Shown one piece after another: positions 9,013 to 18,233 of a stretch of DNA of 64,000 nucleotides. Numbering within the stretch: position 1 is the stretch's first letter; each line of letters starts with the position of its first letter. Location of the stretch: the NCBI GenBank assembly GCA_029068165.1, contig JAIEDA010000009.1, positions 521-64,520 of the forward strand, in the 5' to 3' direction. The translations under genes were made by a program, and so were the position numbers. Below the pieces are notes generated by a model. The model saw only the letters and a list, made by a program, of their open reading frames with translations, did no database searches and was not told the origin of the DNA. Source of the DNA: Clostridia bacterium (GTDB lineage Bacteria; Bacillota; Clostridia; Christensenellales; UBA3700).

Positions 9013-10392
9013 ATGCAAACGCAAGTAAAATCGCCGCTTTTGACTAAAAGTCCGGCAAGGGCTATTCTAAGTTTTTCTATACCTCTGATAATCGGAGATT
9101 TTTGTCAGCAACTCTACAACGCAGTCGACGGTATCGTAGCCGGAAGATTTATCGGCACTACCGCGTTGGCGGCGCTTGGCTCGGCAAATCCCGTGATGAA
9201 TTTAGTTATATTTTTGTTGATAGGTTTTGCTATGGGAAGCGGCGTGATTACGTCGCGTTACTTCGGCAAAAAAGACTTTGCGTCGCTCAAACGGGTTATG
9301 GGCAGCGCGCTGACTATAGGCATAGTCTTTACTTTGATTTTATCGGCGGTTTGCATCGGTTTGTGCCGTCCGTTTTTGAAATTGCTAAATACGCAGGAAA
9401 GCCTTATAGGCGGAGCGGACGTCTATCTCAAGATAGTTTTTGCAGGAGCGATTTTTACTTATCTTTACAATTTTTACTGCTTTTCCGTGCGTTCGATAGG
9501 CGACAGCTATACGCCGCTGATTTTCTTGTTTGCTTCAGTGCTGTTCAACGCTTTTTTAGACGTGCTGTTCGTAGTGGTATTTAAGTGGGGTATTGAAGGC
9601 ACGGCGCTTGCCACCGTTGCGGCTCAAGCTCTCTCAAGCGTACTTTGCATAGTCTATACGAATAAGAAGTTTGAGCTTTTAAGGCTGTCGTTTAAAGATC
9701 TAAAAGTCGACGGCAGGATAGTGTGGGAAATCACTTCGTACTCGCTTTCTATGTCGCTTCAGCAAGTGTTTGTCTACGTGGCGCGTATAGCCATACAAGG
9801 ACTTGTCAATACCTACCCCGAGAATATCGTCGCGGGCGCAAACTCTGGCGCTAGATTGGACGCGCTTTTGCAAACGCCTATGCGCGGCTATACCAACGCT
9901 TTGACCACGTACTGCGCTCAAAACTACGGAGCGAAAGAGTATAAGCGAGTTGTAGACGGATATAAAGCAAGCTGGGTCGCGGTAGCCGTCGTAGGAACGC
10001 TTACTACGCTCGTAACCGTCTTGGGCGGCAGGGCAATGGTCAGCCTTTTTGACGAAAATCCCGAAGTAGTATCCGCAGGAACGGCGTATCTCGTGGATAT
10101 AGGTTGGGGATATATGCTTATGTGCGTTATAGTGCAAAGTCAGGCTGTGTTTAAGGGAATAGGTATGCTAAAGACGTTCTTGGTATCTACGCTTACTTCT
10201 ATAATTTTCAGGATAGCGTTTTCATATCTATTCGAATACTATTGGGGACTTGAGGGAATGTTTTGGGCGCCGACGGCGAGTTGGGTCGTAGGCGGGACGT
10301 ACTGTTTGGTATGTATGTTGATAGCCTATCGCAAAATTCTCGTACCTTTGGCAAGCGGCGGTAAGGAAGAAGCTATAAGGCGCAAAAGATAA
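9013..10392 (+). CDS. MATE family efflux transporter
   Basis: 12-TM protein with an N-terminal IPLIIGDFCQQLYNAVDGIVAGRFIGTTALAALG pattern typical of MATE/NorM. Confidence 0.88.
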   Translation: MQTQVKSPLLTKSPARAILSFSIPLIIGDFCQQLYNAVDGIVAGRFIGTTALAALGSANPVMNLVIFLLIGFAMGSGVITSRYFGKKDFASLKRVMGSALTIGIVFTLILSAVCIGLCRPFLKLLNTQESLIGGADVYLKIVFAGAIFTYLYNFYCFSVRSIGDSYTPLIFLFASVLFNAFLDVLFVVVFKWGIEGTALATVAAQALSSVLCIVYTNKKFELLRLSFKDLKVDGRIVWEITSYSLSMSLQQVFVYVARIAIQGLVNTYPENIVAGANSGARLDALLQTPMRGYTNALTTYCAQNYGAKEYKRVVDGYKASWVAVAVVGTLTTLVTVLGGRAMVSLFDENPEVVSAGTAYLVDIGWGYMLMCVIVQSQAVFKGIGMLKTFLVSTLTSIIFRIAFSYLFEYYWGLEGMFWAPTASWVVGGTYCLVCMLIAYRKILVPLASGGKEEAIRRKR

Positions 10393-10544
10393 TGAATATC
10401 AACGAAAACAGTCAAACCGTAGCAAAGAGTCGCAGCGGTCGTTTTATTTTCAAAACCGCTTGCGCTCGCGCGTTTTTTATAGTAATATAATAAGTATAAC
10501 GAAAATTACGCCGTTTAGGCGGGCGGGATAGAGATATTTATATT

Positions 10545-11591
10545 ATGAAAACTTTGCGAGTAAATTTGGGAGAAAACAGTTACGATATTTTGATAGGTTC
10601 AAATACGCTGTCTACGATAGGCGATTTTGTAGAGAGCAAAGGCGGAAAGGTCTTTATTTTGAGCGACACAAACGTAGCTCCCATTTTTGCAAATACTGTT
10701 ATGGACAACCTGTTGGAAAAGGGCTACGATTGCAAGCTTATGGTATTGCCTGCGGGCGAACCCACAAAGAGCATAACTTCCATTACTCCGATTTATTCTT
10801 CAATGATCGAGTTCAAACTCACTAGAAGAGATTTAATCATTACTTTGGGCGGCGGAGTTGTCGGCGATTTGGGCGGCTTCGTAGCTTCCACGTACTTGAG
10901 GGGCGTGGATTTCGTTCAGGTGCCCACGTCGCTGCTTGCGCAAGTAGACAGCTCGGTAGGCGGAAAGGTTGCGGTAGATTTGCCCGAGGGTAAAAACCTC
11001 GTGGGAAGTTTCTATCAACCAAAGCTCGTTTTTATAGACGTGGCGGCATTAGAGGATTTACCCGAGAAGTACTTTATCGACGGTATGGCTGAAGTGATAA
11101 AGTACGGCTGTATCAAAGATGAAAAACTCTTCGAGTTGTTGGAAAGTATCAAATCGCGTAGCGAGTTTATGCAAAAGGCGGAAGAGATAATCTATACCTG
11201 TTGCGATATTAAGCGTAGGGTCGTAGAAGTCGACGAGAAAGACAACGGCGAGAGAATGCTTCTCAATTTCGGACATACTTACGGACACGCTATTGAGAAA
11301 CACTATAATTTCGTCGGTTATTCGCACGGACAAGCCGTCGCGATAGGAATGGCTTTTATAAGCAAAATAAGCGAGAAGTTGGGACAATGCGAAAAGGGTA
11401 CTACTCAAAGAATAGTCAAGATACTTACGCAGTACGGATTGCCTTGCGAGGATAAAGTGCAGCCCCAAGACGTGCTCTCGGCAATACTCAACGATAAGAA
11501 GAATTTGGGTAAGAAACTTCACGTAGTACTGCTCAAAAAGATTGGCGAAAGTTTTACCTACGCGACGGACGCGAAGTATTTCTTAAATTGA
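10545..11591 (+). CDS. aroB: 3-dehydroquinate synthase
   Basis: LGGGVVGDLGGFVASTYLRGVDFVQVPTSLLAQVDSSVGGK and GHTYGHAIE motifs. Confidence 0.92.
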   Translation: MKTLRVNLGENSYDILIGSNTLSTIGDFVESKGGKVFILSDTNVAPIFANTVMDNLLEKGYDCKLMVLPAGEPTKSITSITPIYSSMIEFKLTRRDLIITLGGGVVGDLGGFVASTYLRGVDFVQVPTSLLAQVDSSVGGKVAVDLPEGKNLVGSFYQPKLVFIDVAALEDLPEKYFIDGMAEVIKYGCIKDEKLFELLESIKSRSEFMQKAEEIIYTCCDIKRRVVEVDEKDNGERMLLNFGHTYGHAIEKHYNFVGYSHGQAVAIGMAFISKISEKLGQCEKGTTQRIVKILTQYGLPCEDKVQPQDVLSAILNDKKNLGKKLHVVLLKKIGESFTYATDAKYFLN

Positions 11592-11608
11592 CGGAAGATA
11601 TAAACGAT

Positions 11609-12877
11609 ATGAAAGAGAAGAGAAATGTAAGTACGATAATGAGTATTTCGCCTTGCAAACTCCAAGGCGAAGTCAAAGCGCCGTCGTCCAAAAGCGTTGC
11701 GCATAGGGCGATTATTTGCGCTTCTCTCGCAAATGGGAAGAGCGTAGTTTCCAACGTTTCTTTCTCCGACGATATAATAGCTACTATCGAATGTATGAAA
11801 GCTCTCGGCGCCAAGATTGAGCGAAGCGGCGACAAGCTTGTAATAGAGGGTTCGTCAAAGAGGATAAATAAAGACCTAACTTTTGATTGCAACGAGTCGG
11901 GTTCGACATTGCGATTTATGATTCCGATAGCGCTTGCGCTCAACAGCGGTAAAAACGAATTTATAGGAAGAGGCAAGTTGGGAACTCGCCCTTTGGACGT
12001 ATACGAAAAGATATGCAGGGAACAAGGTATTGCCTACGAAAACAACAGCGACGGCGGACTGCTGAAACTGCGCGTAAAAGGACAGCTTAAGAGCGGAAAG
12101 TTTAACGTTGACGGCGGAGTGAGTTCGCAATTTATCACGGGACTTGCGTTTGCGTTGCCGCTGTTAGAGGGCTATAGCGAAATTTCTATTGAGGGCGAAT
12201 TGCAGTCTGTAGGCTATTTGGATTTGACTGTTGCTACGTTAAAAGATTTCGCGATAAAGATTAAATATAAAGACCAAAAGGGTTACGTAATCCAAGGTAG
12301 ACAGGAATATAAAGCTTGCGATTACGAAGTGGAAGGAGATTGGTCGCAGGCGGCGTTTTTTGAAGTAGCGAATTATTTGGGCGACGAGATAGAAATCAAA
12401 GGATTGAGAGCGGATAGTAAGCAAGGCGACAAAGTCATAGTAGATTTTATCAAGAGATTAAAAGACGCGAAAGAGGAAGATACTCTCGTATTCGACTGCG
12501 GAAACTGTCCCGATATTGTTCCCGAACTTGCTTTGGCTTGCGCGCTTAGGAAGGGCAAGAGCGAAATAGTAAACGTATCCCGACTTAGAATAAAAGAGTG
12601 CGACAGGCTGAGCGCAACGGTTGACGAGCTGAAAAAGCTTGGAGCTGATATCAAAGAAGAAAACGACAATATCTATATCGTCGGCGTAGATAAACTTAAC
12701 GGCGGAGCGGTAAGTACGCACGGCGACCATAGAATGGCTATGACGCTAGCGATTGCGGCGACGAGGACGACGGGAAACGTTGAGTTGGACAACTATACTT
12801 GCGTATCCAAGTCCTATCCTAATTTCTTCGACGTCTTCCGCGCGTTGAAAGGAAAGACGGCGTTAAAAGATAATTAG
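11609..12877 (+). CDS. aroA: 3-phosphoshikimate 1-carboxyvinyltransferase (EPSP synthase)
   Basis: LQGEVKAPSSKSVAHRAIICASLANG and GDHRMAMTLAIAA. The start is uncertain: TTG 11588, ATG 11609 or ATG 11639. Confidence 0.9.
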   Translation: MKEKRNVSTIMSISPCKLQGEVKAPSSKSVAHRAIICASLANGKSVVSNVSFSDDIIATIECMKALGAKIERSGDKLVIEGSSKRINKDLTFDCNESGSTLRFMIPIALALNSGKNEFIGRGKLGTRPLDVYEKICREQGIAYENNSDGGLLKLRVKGQLKSGKFNVDGGVSSQFITGLAFALPLLEGYSEISIEGELQSVGYLDLTVATLKDFAIKIKYKDQKGYVIQGRQEYKACDYEVEGDWSQAAFFEVANYLGDEIEIKGLRADSKQGDKVIVDFIKRLKDAKEEDTLVFDCGNCPDIVPELALACALRKGKSEIVNVSRLRIKECDRLSATVDELKKLGADIKEENDNIYIVGVDKLNGGAVSTHGDHRMAMTLAIAATRTTGNVELDNYTCVSKSYPNFFDVFRALKGKTALKDN

Positions 12878-12925
12878 ATTAATAGTGTTGACAAAATTAA
12901 AAAAGAAGAGCAAACGGAGGAGCAA

Positions 12926-13996
12926 ATGGGCGCAGTTTGGGGAAACAAGATAAAGATAACGATATTCGGCGAGTCGCATAGCGAGGCGATAGGAATAGTC
13001 GTGGACGGCTTGCCGTCGGGCGTAAATCTCGATATGGAAGAGGTCAAACGCGAAATGGCAAGGCGCGCGCCTAACGGCGGAGAGTTTTCCACGCCGAGAA
13101 AGGAAGCTGACGAAGTGGAAATCGTAAGCGGTTATTTTGACGGAAAGACCACAGGTACGCCACTATGCGGAATCATCAAAAACACCAACACCAAGTCCAA
13201 GGACTACTCTTTGCTTAAGGAAGTCTTTCGCCCGGGACATAGCGACTACGGCTATTATCTCAAGAGCGGCGGCAACAACGACTATCGCGGCGGCGGACAT
13301 TCTTCGGGCAGGTTGACCGCTCCTATAGTTTTTTGCGGAGCGATTTGCAAACAGCTTTTGAGAGAAAAAGGAATATCTATCGGCTCTCATATCTCTTCGA
13401 TAGCCAATATCAAGGACGAGACTTTTCCCATTGATTTCGATAGTGAAAAACTTGAGAAGTTGACCGGCGAGGTTTTCCCGCTTTTGGACAAGAGTAAATT
13501 CGAAACTATGCGATCGGCGATACTGGAGGCGAGAGAGCAAGGCGACAGCGTCGGCGGAGTTATCGAATGTATGATAAGCGGTCTTGAGGGCGGAGTCGGC
13601 GAACCTTTCTTCGACAGCATAGAATCGCGCTTGGCAAGTCTTTTATTCAGCGTTCCCGCGGTAAAGGGAGTACAGTTTGGCAAAGGCTACAAGCTTACTG
13701 AAATGAAAGGCAGCGAGGCGAACGACGCTTTTGAGTTTGTCAGCGGTAAGGTGGTTACTAAAACCAACAACAACGGCGGAATACTCGGCGGGATATCCAC
13801 GGGTATGCCAATAGTCTTTGACGTTGCGATAAAGCCGACCGCTTCCATTTTCAAGGAGCAGGACAGTATTAATATTACGACGGGCGAGAATACCAAGCTC
13901 AAGATACAGGGCAGGCACGATTCGTGTATCGTAGTGCGCGCTGTGCCGGTTATCGAAGCTGTTGCGGCGATAGCCATTTACGATTTTTTGAGATAA
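12926..13996 (+). CDS. aroC: chorismate synthase
   Basis: IKITIFGESHSEAIGIVVDGLPSG and RPGHSDY...GGGHSSGR motifs. Confidence 0.92.
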   Translation: MGAVWGNKIKITIFGESHSEAIGIVVDGLPSGVNLDMEEVKREMARRAPNGGEFSTPRKEADEVEIVSGYFDGKTTGTPLCGIIKNTNTKSKDYSLLKEVFRPGHSDYGYYLKSGGNNDYRGGGHSSGRLTAPIVFCGAICKQLLREKGISIGSHISSIANIKDETFPIDFDSEKLEKLTGEVFPLLDKSKFETMRSAILEAREQGDSVGGVIECMISGLEGGVGEPFFDSIESRLASLLFSVPAVKGVQFGKGYKLTEMKGSEANDAFEFVSGKVVTKTNNNGGILGGISTGMPIVFDVAIKPTASIFKEQDSINITTGENTKLKIQGRHDSCIVVRAVPVIEAVAAIAIYDFLR

Positions 13997-14012
13997 GCGG
14001 GATAGGATTGAG

Positions 14013-15140
14013 ATGAATAAACTTGACGAATTGAGAGTTAGTATAGATAAAATAGATAAGAATATTATCGGACTTTTTGAAGATAGGATGGCGGTAGTAT
14101 CCGACGTTGCGCAGTACAAAAAAGACAACGGCGTAGCGATTACGCAGTCGTCTAGAGAAGTTACGGTCTTGCAAAACGCCGTCAACAACCTACGCGATAA
14201 AAGATACTCCGACGCCGCGCGTCAGCTTATGAGCGAAATAATTGGAATAAGCAAGGACTTGGAAAGAAAGGAAATTATTACGAACGACTTGCTTAAAGAC
14301 TATAAGCGAAAACCTTTAAATCTCAATGCTAAAAAGGGTTACTACGGCGATAGAGGCTCCAACTCCGAAAAGGCTATGATAGACTTCTTCGGAAACGACG
14401 ACGGAGCGAGTTTTGCGACTTTTGAGGAAGTGTTCAAGGCGCTTAAGGACGGCGCTATCGAATACGGCGTTTTGCCTATAGAAAACTCTTCGACGGGCGC
14501 GATAACCGAAGTCTACGATTTGCTTAGAAAATACGACTTCTTTATCGTAGGCGAGCAATGGGTGGAGATAAACCACTGTTTGCTCGGCGTGGAAGGAAGT
14601 AGTTTGGAAGATATAAAGGAAATATATTCGCATCCGCAAGCTATTACGCAAAGCGACGGCTTTTTGGCGAGCGGAGCGTGGAAGATAATTCCCTACAAAT
14701 CTACCGCTTCTTCAGCGAAACTCGTGGCTGAAACGGCGGATAAGAGCAAGGCGGCGATTGCTTCAAAGCGCAACGCTAAGCTTTACGGCTTGAAAGTTTT
14801 AAAGGAGTCAATCCAGTCGCAAAACTGCAACTGTACGCGATTTATCGTAATATCCAAGTATTTGTTGGATAGCGACGAGAGCGATAAGACGAGCATAGTA
14901 TTCGCTTTAAATTCCACTCCCGGCGCGCTTTTCAACGCATTGAAGTATTTTGCAAAGAATAAGATAAATTTGCTAAATATTCAGTCAAGACCCGTGGAAA
15001 ATACGCCTGAGCGTTACTATTTTTATACTGACTTGGAGTATCCTTGTTCTTCGCCAAAACTTATCGAGGCGCTCGAGTACGTAAAGGAAAACTCCGACTT
15101 TTTCGAAATAGTCGGCGAGTATAAAAAAGCAAACAGGTAG
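14013..15140 (+). CDS. pheA: bifunctional chorismate mutase / prephenate dehydratase (P-protein)
   Basis: N-terminal CM domain (LDELRVSIDKIDKNIIGLFEDRM), PDT domain (VLPIENSSTGAI) and a C-terminal ACT-like region. Confidence 0.88.
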   Translation: MNKLDELRVSIDKIDKNIIGLFEDRMAVVSDVAQYKKDNGVAITQSSREVTVLQNAVNNLRDKRYSDAARQLMSEIIGISKDLERKEIITNDLLKDYKRKPLNLNAKKGYYGDRGSNSEKAMIDFFGNDDGASFATFEEVFKALKDGAIEYGVLPIENSSTGAITEVYDLLRKYDFFIVGEQWVEINHCLLGVEGSSLEDIKEIYSHPQAITQSDGFLASGAWKIIPYKSTASSAKLVAETADKSKAAIASKRNAKLYGLKVLKESIQSQNCNCTRFIVISKYLLDSDESDKTSIVFALNSTPGALFNALKYFAKNKINLLNIQSRPVENTPERYYFYTDLEYPCSSPKLIEALEYVKENSDFFEIVGEYKKANR

Positions 15141-15160
15141 AAAGGAAAAACGAGGTAGTT

Positions 15161-16450
15161 ATGAAGTATTGCGTAATTGGAGAAAAGCTGACGCATTCAA
15201 TGTCGCCGCAAATACATAAGCAGTATTTTGACAGCTATAATTTGGACGGCGAGTATACTATACGTCAAATACCTATGGAAGAAATGCTCGGCGATTGCAA
15301 AGATATTCTTTTAGGCTATGACGGATTCAACGTGACCGTACCGTATAAAGAAAAAGTTATGAAATACCTTACTGATATTTCGGAAGAAGCAAAATCTATC
15401 GGCGCGGTAAATACCGTTGTGAATTCGCGCGGTAGTCTTTACGGCTACAATACCGACCCTTACGGTTTTGCAAGTATGTTGGAGGTCAACGGCATAGCGA
15501 TAAAAGACAAGACTTTCGTCGTGTTAGGGAGCGGCGGAGCAAGCAAATCGGTGCGCTATATCCTTAAAAAACTCGGGGCAAAGTCGGTAGCCGTAGCCAC
15601 GCGCGACTGCGAAAAAGGAAAAAGCGACGGGTACGTGACGTACGATGAGTTGGAAAATTATAAGGCGGACGCGTTGGTAAATACGACCCCCGTGGGTATG
15701 TTTCCCAACGTTGACGGTATCCCCGTGAGCGAGAGCGTAATATCCAATTTTAATTCCGTCGTCGACGTCGTTTATAATCCCGTCTACACGAAGCTGCTGC
15801 AAACGGCGGTAAGACTTGGCAAGAAAGCCGTAGGCGGACTGTATATGCTCGTAGCGCAAGCTATGAAGTCGCAAGAGATATGGAACGGTAAGGCTACGGA
15901 TGCGGCTCTTACCAAAGCTATCTACAATACGCTAATGAAAGAGTATTTTGCAAAAGAGGGCGGCAATATCTATCTTACGGGAATTATGTCCTGCGGAAAG
16001 AGCGTGAAGGGCAGGAGAGTCGCTCAAAAGCTCGGTTGGGAATTTGTCGACGCCGATAAATATATTGAAGAGATAGCAGGCGAAAGCGTTGCTCAAATGT
16101 TTGAAAAAGGCGAGGAGTATTTTAGAAATTGGGAAAGCGAAGCGCTATTCCGGCTTTCGCAAAGGAAAAACCTGGTCGTTGCAACGGGCGGCGGAGCTAT
16201 ACTCAAAGACGTGAACGTAAGCGCAATGAAGCTGAGCGGAATAATAGTATTAATCGAGCGTAACGTCGACGATATTATTGCAAACGTGAACGTTTCGACC
16301 CGTCCGCTTTTGAAAAACGGCGCGGATAAACTGCGAAAGATTTACGACGATAGAAAAAACAAGTATTATTCAACTTGCGACGTCGTAGTCACTAGCTGCG
16401 AGAACGATATAAATAAGACTGTCGACGATATTATAAAGGTAATAAAATAG
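15161..16450 (+). CDS. aroE-aroK: fused shikimate dehydrogenase / shikimate kinase
   Basis: The N-terminal ~265 aa are AroE-like (SMSPQIHK, NVTVPYK, NTD, LGSGGASKS). The C-terminal ~160 aa are a shikimate-kinase-like P-loop (LTGIMSCGKS...DADKYIEE...VATGGGA). Confidence 0.85.
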   Translation: MKYCVIGEKLTHSMSPQIHKQYFDSYNLDGEYTIRQIPMEEMLGDCKDILLGYDGFNVTVPYKEKVMKYLTDISEEAKSIGAVNTVVNSRGSLYGYNTDPYGFASMLEVNGIAIKDKTFVVLGSGGASKSVRYILKKLGAKSVAVATRDCEKGKSDGYVTYDELENYKADALVNTTPVGMFPNVDGIPVSESVISNFNSVVDVVYNPVYTKLLQTAVRLGKKAVGGLYMLVAQAMKSQEIWNGKATDAALTKAIYNTLMKEYFAKEGGNIYLTGIMSCGKSVKGRRVAQKLGWEFVDADKYIEEIAGESVAQMFEKGEEYFRNWESEALFRLSQRKNLVVATGGGAILKDVNVSAMKLSGIIVLIERNVDDIIANVNVSTRPLLKNGADKLRKIYDDRKNKYYSTCDVVVTSCENDINKTVDDIIKVIK

Positions 16451-16459
16451 AGGTGAAGT

Positions 16460-16891
16460 ATGAAAAAGATTGCGGTTATTAACGGCGTTAATCTCAATAT
16501 GCTCGGTATTAGAGAGAAGAATATCTACGGAAACCAAACGTACGACGGTCTTTGCGAGTATATTAGCCAAAAGTGCGGTAAAATCGCGCAACTTGATTTT
16601 TTTCAATCGAATCACGAGGGCGATATTATCGACAAATTGCAAAAGTGTTATTTCGATGGCTACGACGGTATCGTTTTAAATCCGGGCGCGCATACGCATT
16701 ATAGCTACGCGCTATACGACGCTATAAAGTCGATTTCGCCGCTTGCCGTCATTGAAGTTCATATTTCGGATATTCATTCGCGAGAGGAGTTTAGACGTAC
16801 GTCGGTCACCGCTCCCGCGTGCGTAGCTCAAATATCGGGCAAAGGATTCGACGGATATATAGAAGCTGTAGAAATGCTTGCGGCTAAATAG
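16460..16891 (+). CDS. aroQ: type II 3-dehydroquinate dehydratase
   Basis: INGVNLNMLGIREKNIYG...QSNHEGDIID...NPGAHTHYSYA...EVHISDIHSREEFR. Confidence 0.93.
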   Translation: MKKIAVINGVNLNMLGIREKNIYGNQTYDGLCEYISQKCGKIAQLDFFQSNHEGDIIDKLQKCYFDGYDGIVLNPGAHTHYSYALYDAIKSISPLAVIEVHISDIHSREEFRRTSVTAPACVAQISGKGFDGYIEAVEMLAAK

Positions 16892-16900
16892 AGGGATGTT

Positions 16901-17761
16901 ATGGAAAAAGACAAAGTAATAACGATAGTGGGTCTTGGAGTAGTAGGCGGTTCTTACGCGATAGCGCTTTCTAAAAAGGGCTATACCGTTTACGGCGTAA
17001 ACAGGTCAAGCGAGAGCTTGGAGCTTGCGCTCAAGAGCGGCGCGATAGCTCAAGGCTCGCATACTCCCGAAAAGTTTTTTGAGCAAAGCGACGTGATCAT
17101 AATCGCGCTTTATCCCGACCAAGTCGTCGATTATCTCAAAAAGTACGGAAAGTTTATAAAGAAAGGCTGTCTTATCAGCGACGTTGCGGGCATAAAGAGT
17201 CACTTTGTCGATGAAATCGACGCAACAACGCCCGACGGCTGCGAGTTTCTCTTTTGTCACCCGATGGCAGGTAGAGAAAAGAGAGGTTTCAAATATGCTG
17301 ACGACAGCGTTTTGCAAGGCGCGAATTTTTTAATAGCTAAGACGAAGAGCAATACTCAAGCGGCAATCGATAGAATGAGCAATCTAGTCAAAGATATAGG
17401 CTTTGGGTCGATAAGGATAACCGACGTTGCGACGCACGATAGAGTAATCGCTTACACTTCTCAGCTTCCTCACGCAATAGCCGTAGCTCTTATAAACAGC
17501 GACGACGAGAACAGCGAAACTTCCAGCTTTATCGGCGACAGCTATAGAGATTTGACCCGTATCGCAAACATCAACGAAGATTTGTGGTCGGAACTGTTTT
17601 TGGGAAATAAAGACAATTTGATTTCCACTATTACCTCTTTTGAAGAGCAACTTTCTATGATAAAGACGGCGCTCAAGACTGGAGACGACGAAACTCTAAA
17701 GAAGCTCTTTATCAAGTCCTCTCAAAGGCGGGTAAACTTGGAGAAAAAGAAAAACCAATAG
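16901..17761 (+). CDS. tyrA: prephenate dehydrogenase
   Basis: IVGLGVVGGSYA Rossmann motif, HPMAGREK, and its position at the end of the aro operon. Confidence 0.88.
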   Translation: MEKDKVITIVGLGVVGGSYAIALSKKGYTVYGVNRSSESLELALKSGAIAQGSHTPEKFFEQSDVIIIALYPDQVVDYLKKYGKFIKKGCLISDVAGIKSHFVDEIDATTPDGCEFLFCHPMAGREKRGFKYADDSVLQGANFLIAKTKSNTQAAIDRMSNLVKDIGFGSIRITDVATHDRVIAYTSQLPHAIAVALINSDDENSETSSFIGDSYRDLTRIANINEDLWSELFLGNKDNLISTITSFEEQLSMIKTALKTGDDETLKKLFIKSSQRRVNLEKKKNQ

Positions 17762-17796
17762 ACATTTAAAAGATTATCGAAGTTGAATAACAACAG

Positions 17797-17811
17797 CTGA
17801 ACGTTGTTCAA
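17797..17811. promoter_or_regulatory. 15-bp palindrome cTGAAC-GTT-GTTCAA (candidate operator; left arm of an 18-bp inverted repeat pair)
   Basis: Sequence read directly. Related sites at 17982, 39256, 63905 and 63942. Confidence 0.4.
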
Positions 17812-17851
17812 AAATATTTTAAATACCGTTCAACAATACGCATTATTACTA

Positions 17852-17880
17852 AACGCCGCATATACCAAAGCGGCGTTTTT
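17852..17880 (+). terminator. rho-independent terminator of the aro operon
   Basis: aacgccgc-atataccaaa-gcggcgtt followed by TTTTT. Confidence 0.75.
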
Positions 17881-17981
17881 GATTGCGCGCAAAAGCGAGG
17901 CGAGCGTTGCGAATAGAAGAATACATTGCCATTTACGCCTAATACTTTCAATATATGTTCCATATAGGTCGATTGTTTGAG

Positions 17982-17996
17982 TTGAACAATGTTCAG
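17982..17996. promoter_or_regulatory. 15-bp palindrome TTGAAC-AAT-GTTCAg (candidate operator; right arm of the inverted pair)
   Basis: 17982-17999 ttgaacaatgttcagctg matches the reverse complement of 17794-17811 at 17 of 18 positions. Confidence 0.4.
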
Positions 17997-18156
17997 CTGT
18001 GACGATAGCCTTCCAAGCTAAAGCAAGGAGAGAGAAGAATTTGCCAACGGAAATCGTCGGTTTTGAAACACATTTTGTCGGCGACGCGGAAATTTAATAC
18101 GGTAATTTTACTTGCTGTCGTACGTAAAATTTTGGCGTTATTTGGCGTTATAATAT

Positions 18157-18186
18157 TTGACATTATATAGCGCGCTATGTTATCAT
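18157..18186 (+). promoter_or_regulatory. candidate sigma-A promoter for the P-type ATPase gene
   Basis: TTGACA (18157-18162), 18-nt spacer, TATCAT (18181-18186), about 48 nt upstream of the ATG. Preceded by a tandem tttggcgtta x2 (18131-18150). Confidence 0.35.
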
Positions 18187-18233
18187 TTAGGTGTTTATTT
18201 ATATAAATATAGCATAGTTACAAGGATATTGAG

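Noticed and set aside
18041-18097. 18-codon ORF (TTG start; MPTEIVGFETHFVGDAEI) after an AAGGAGAG sequence in the ATPase upstream region.
   Set aside because: Too short to evaluate, it has a non-ATG start, and no conservation evidence is available. It could be a leader peptide but there is no support for that.
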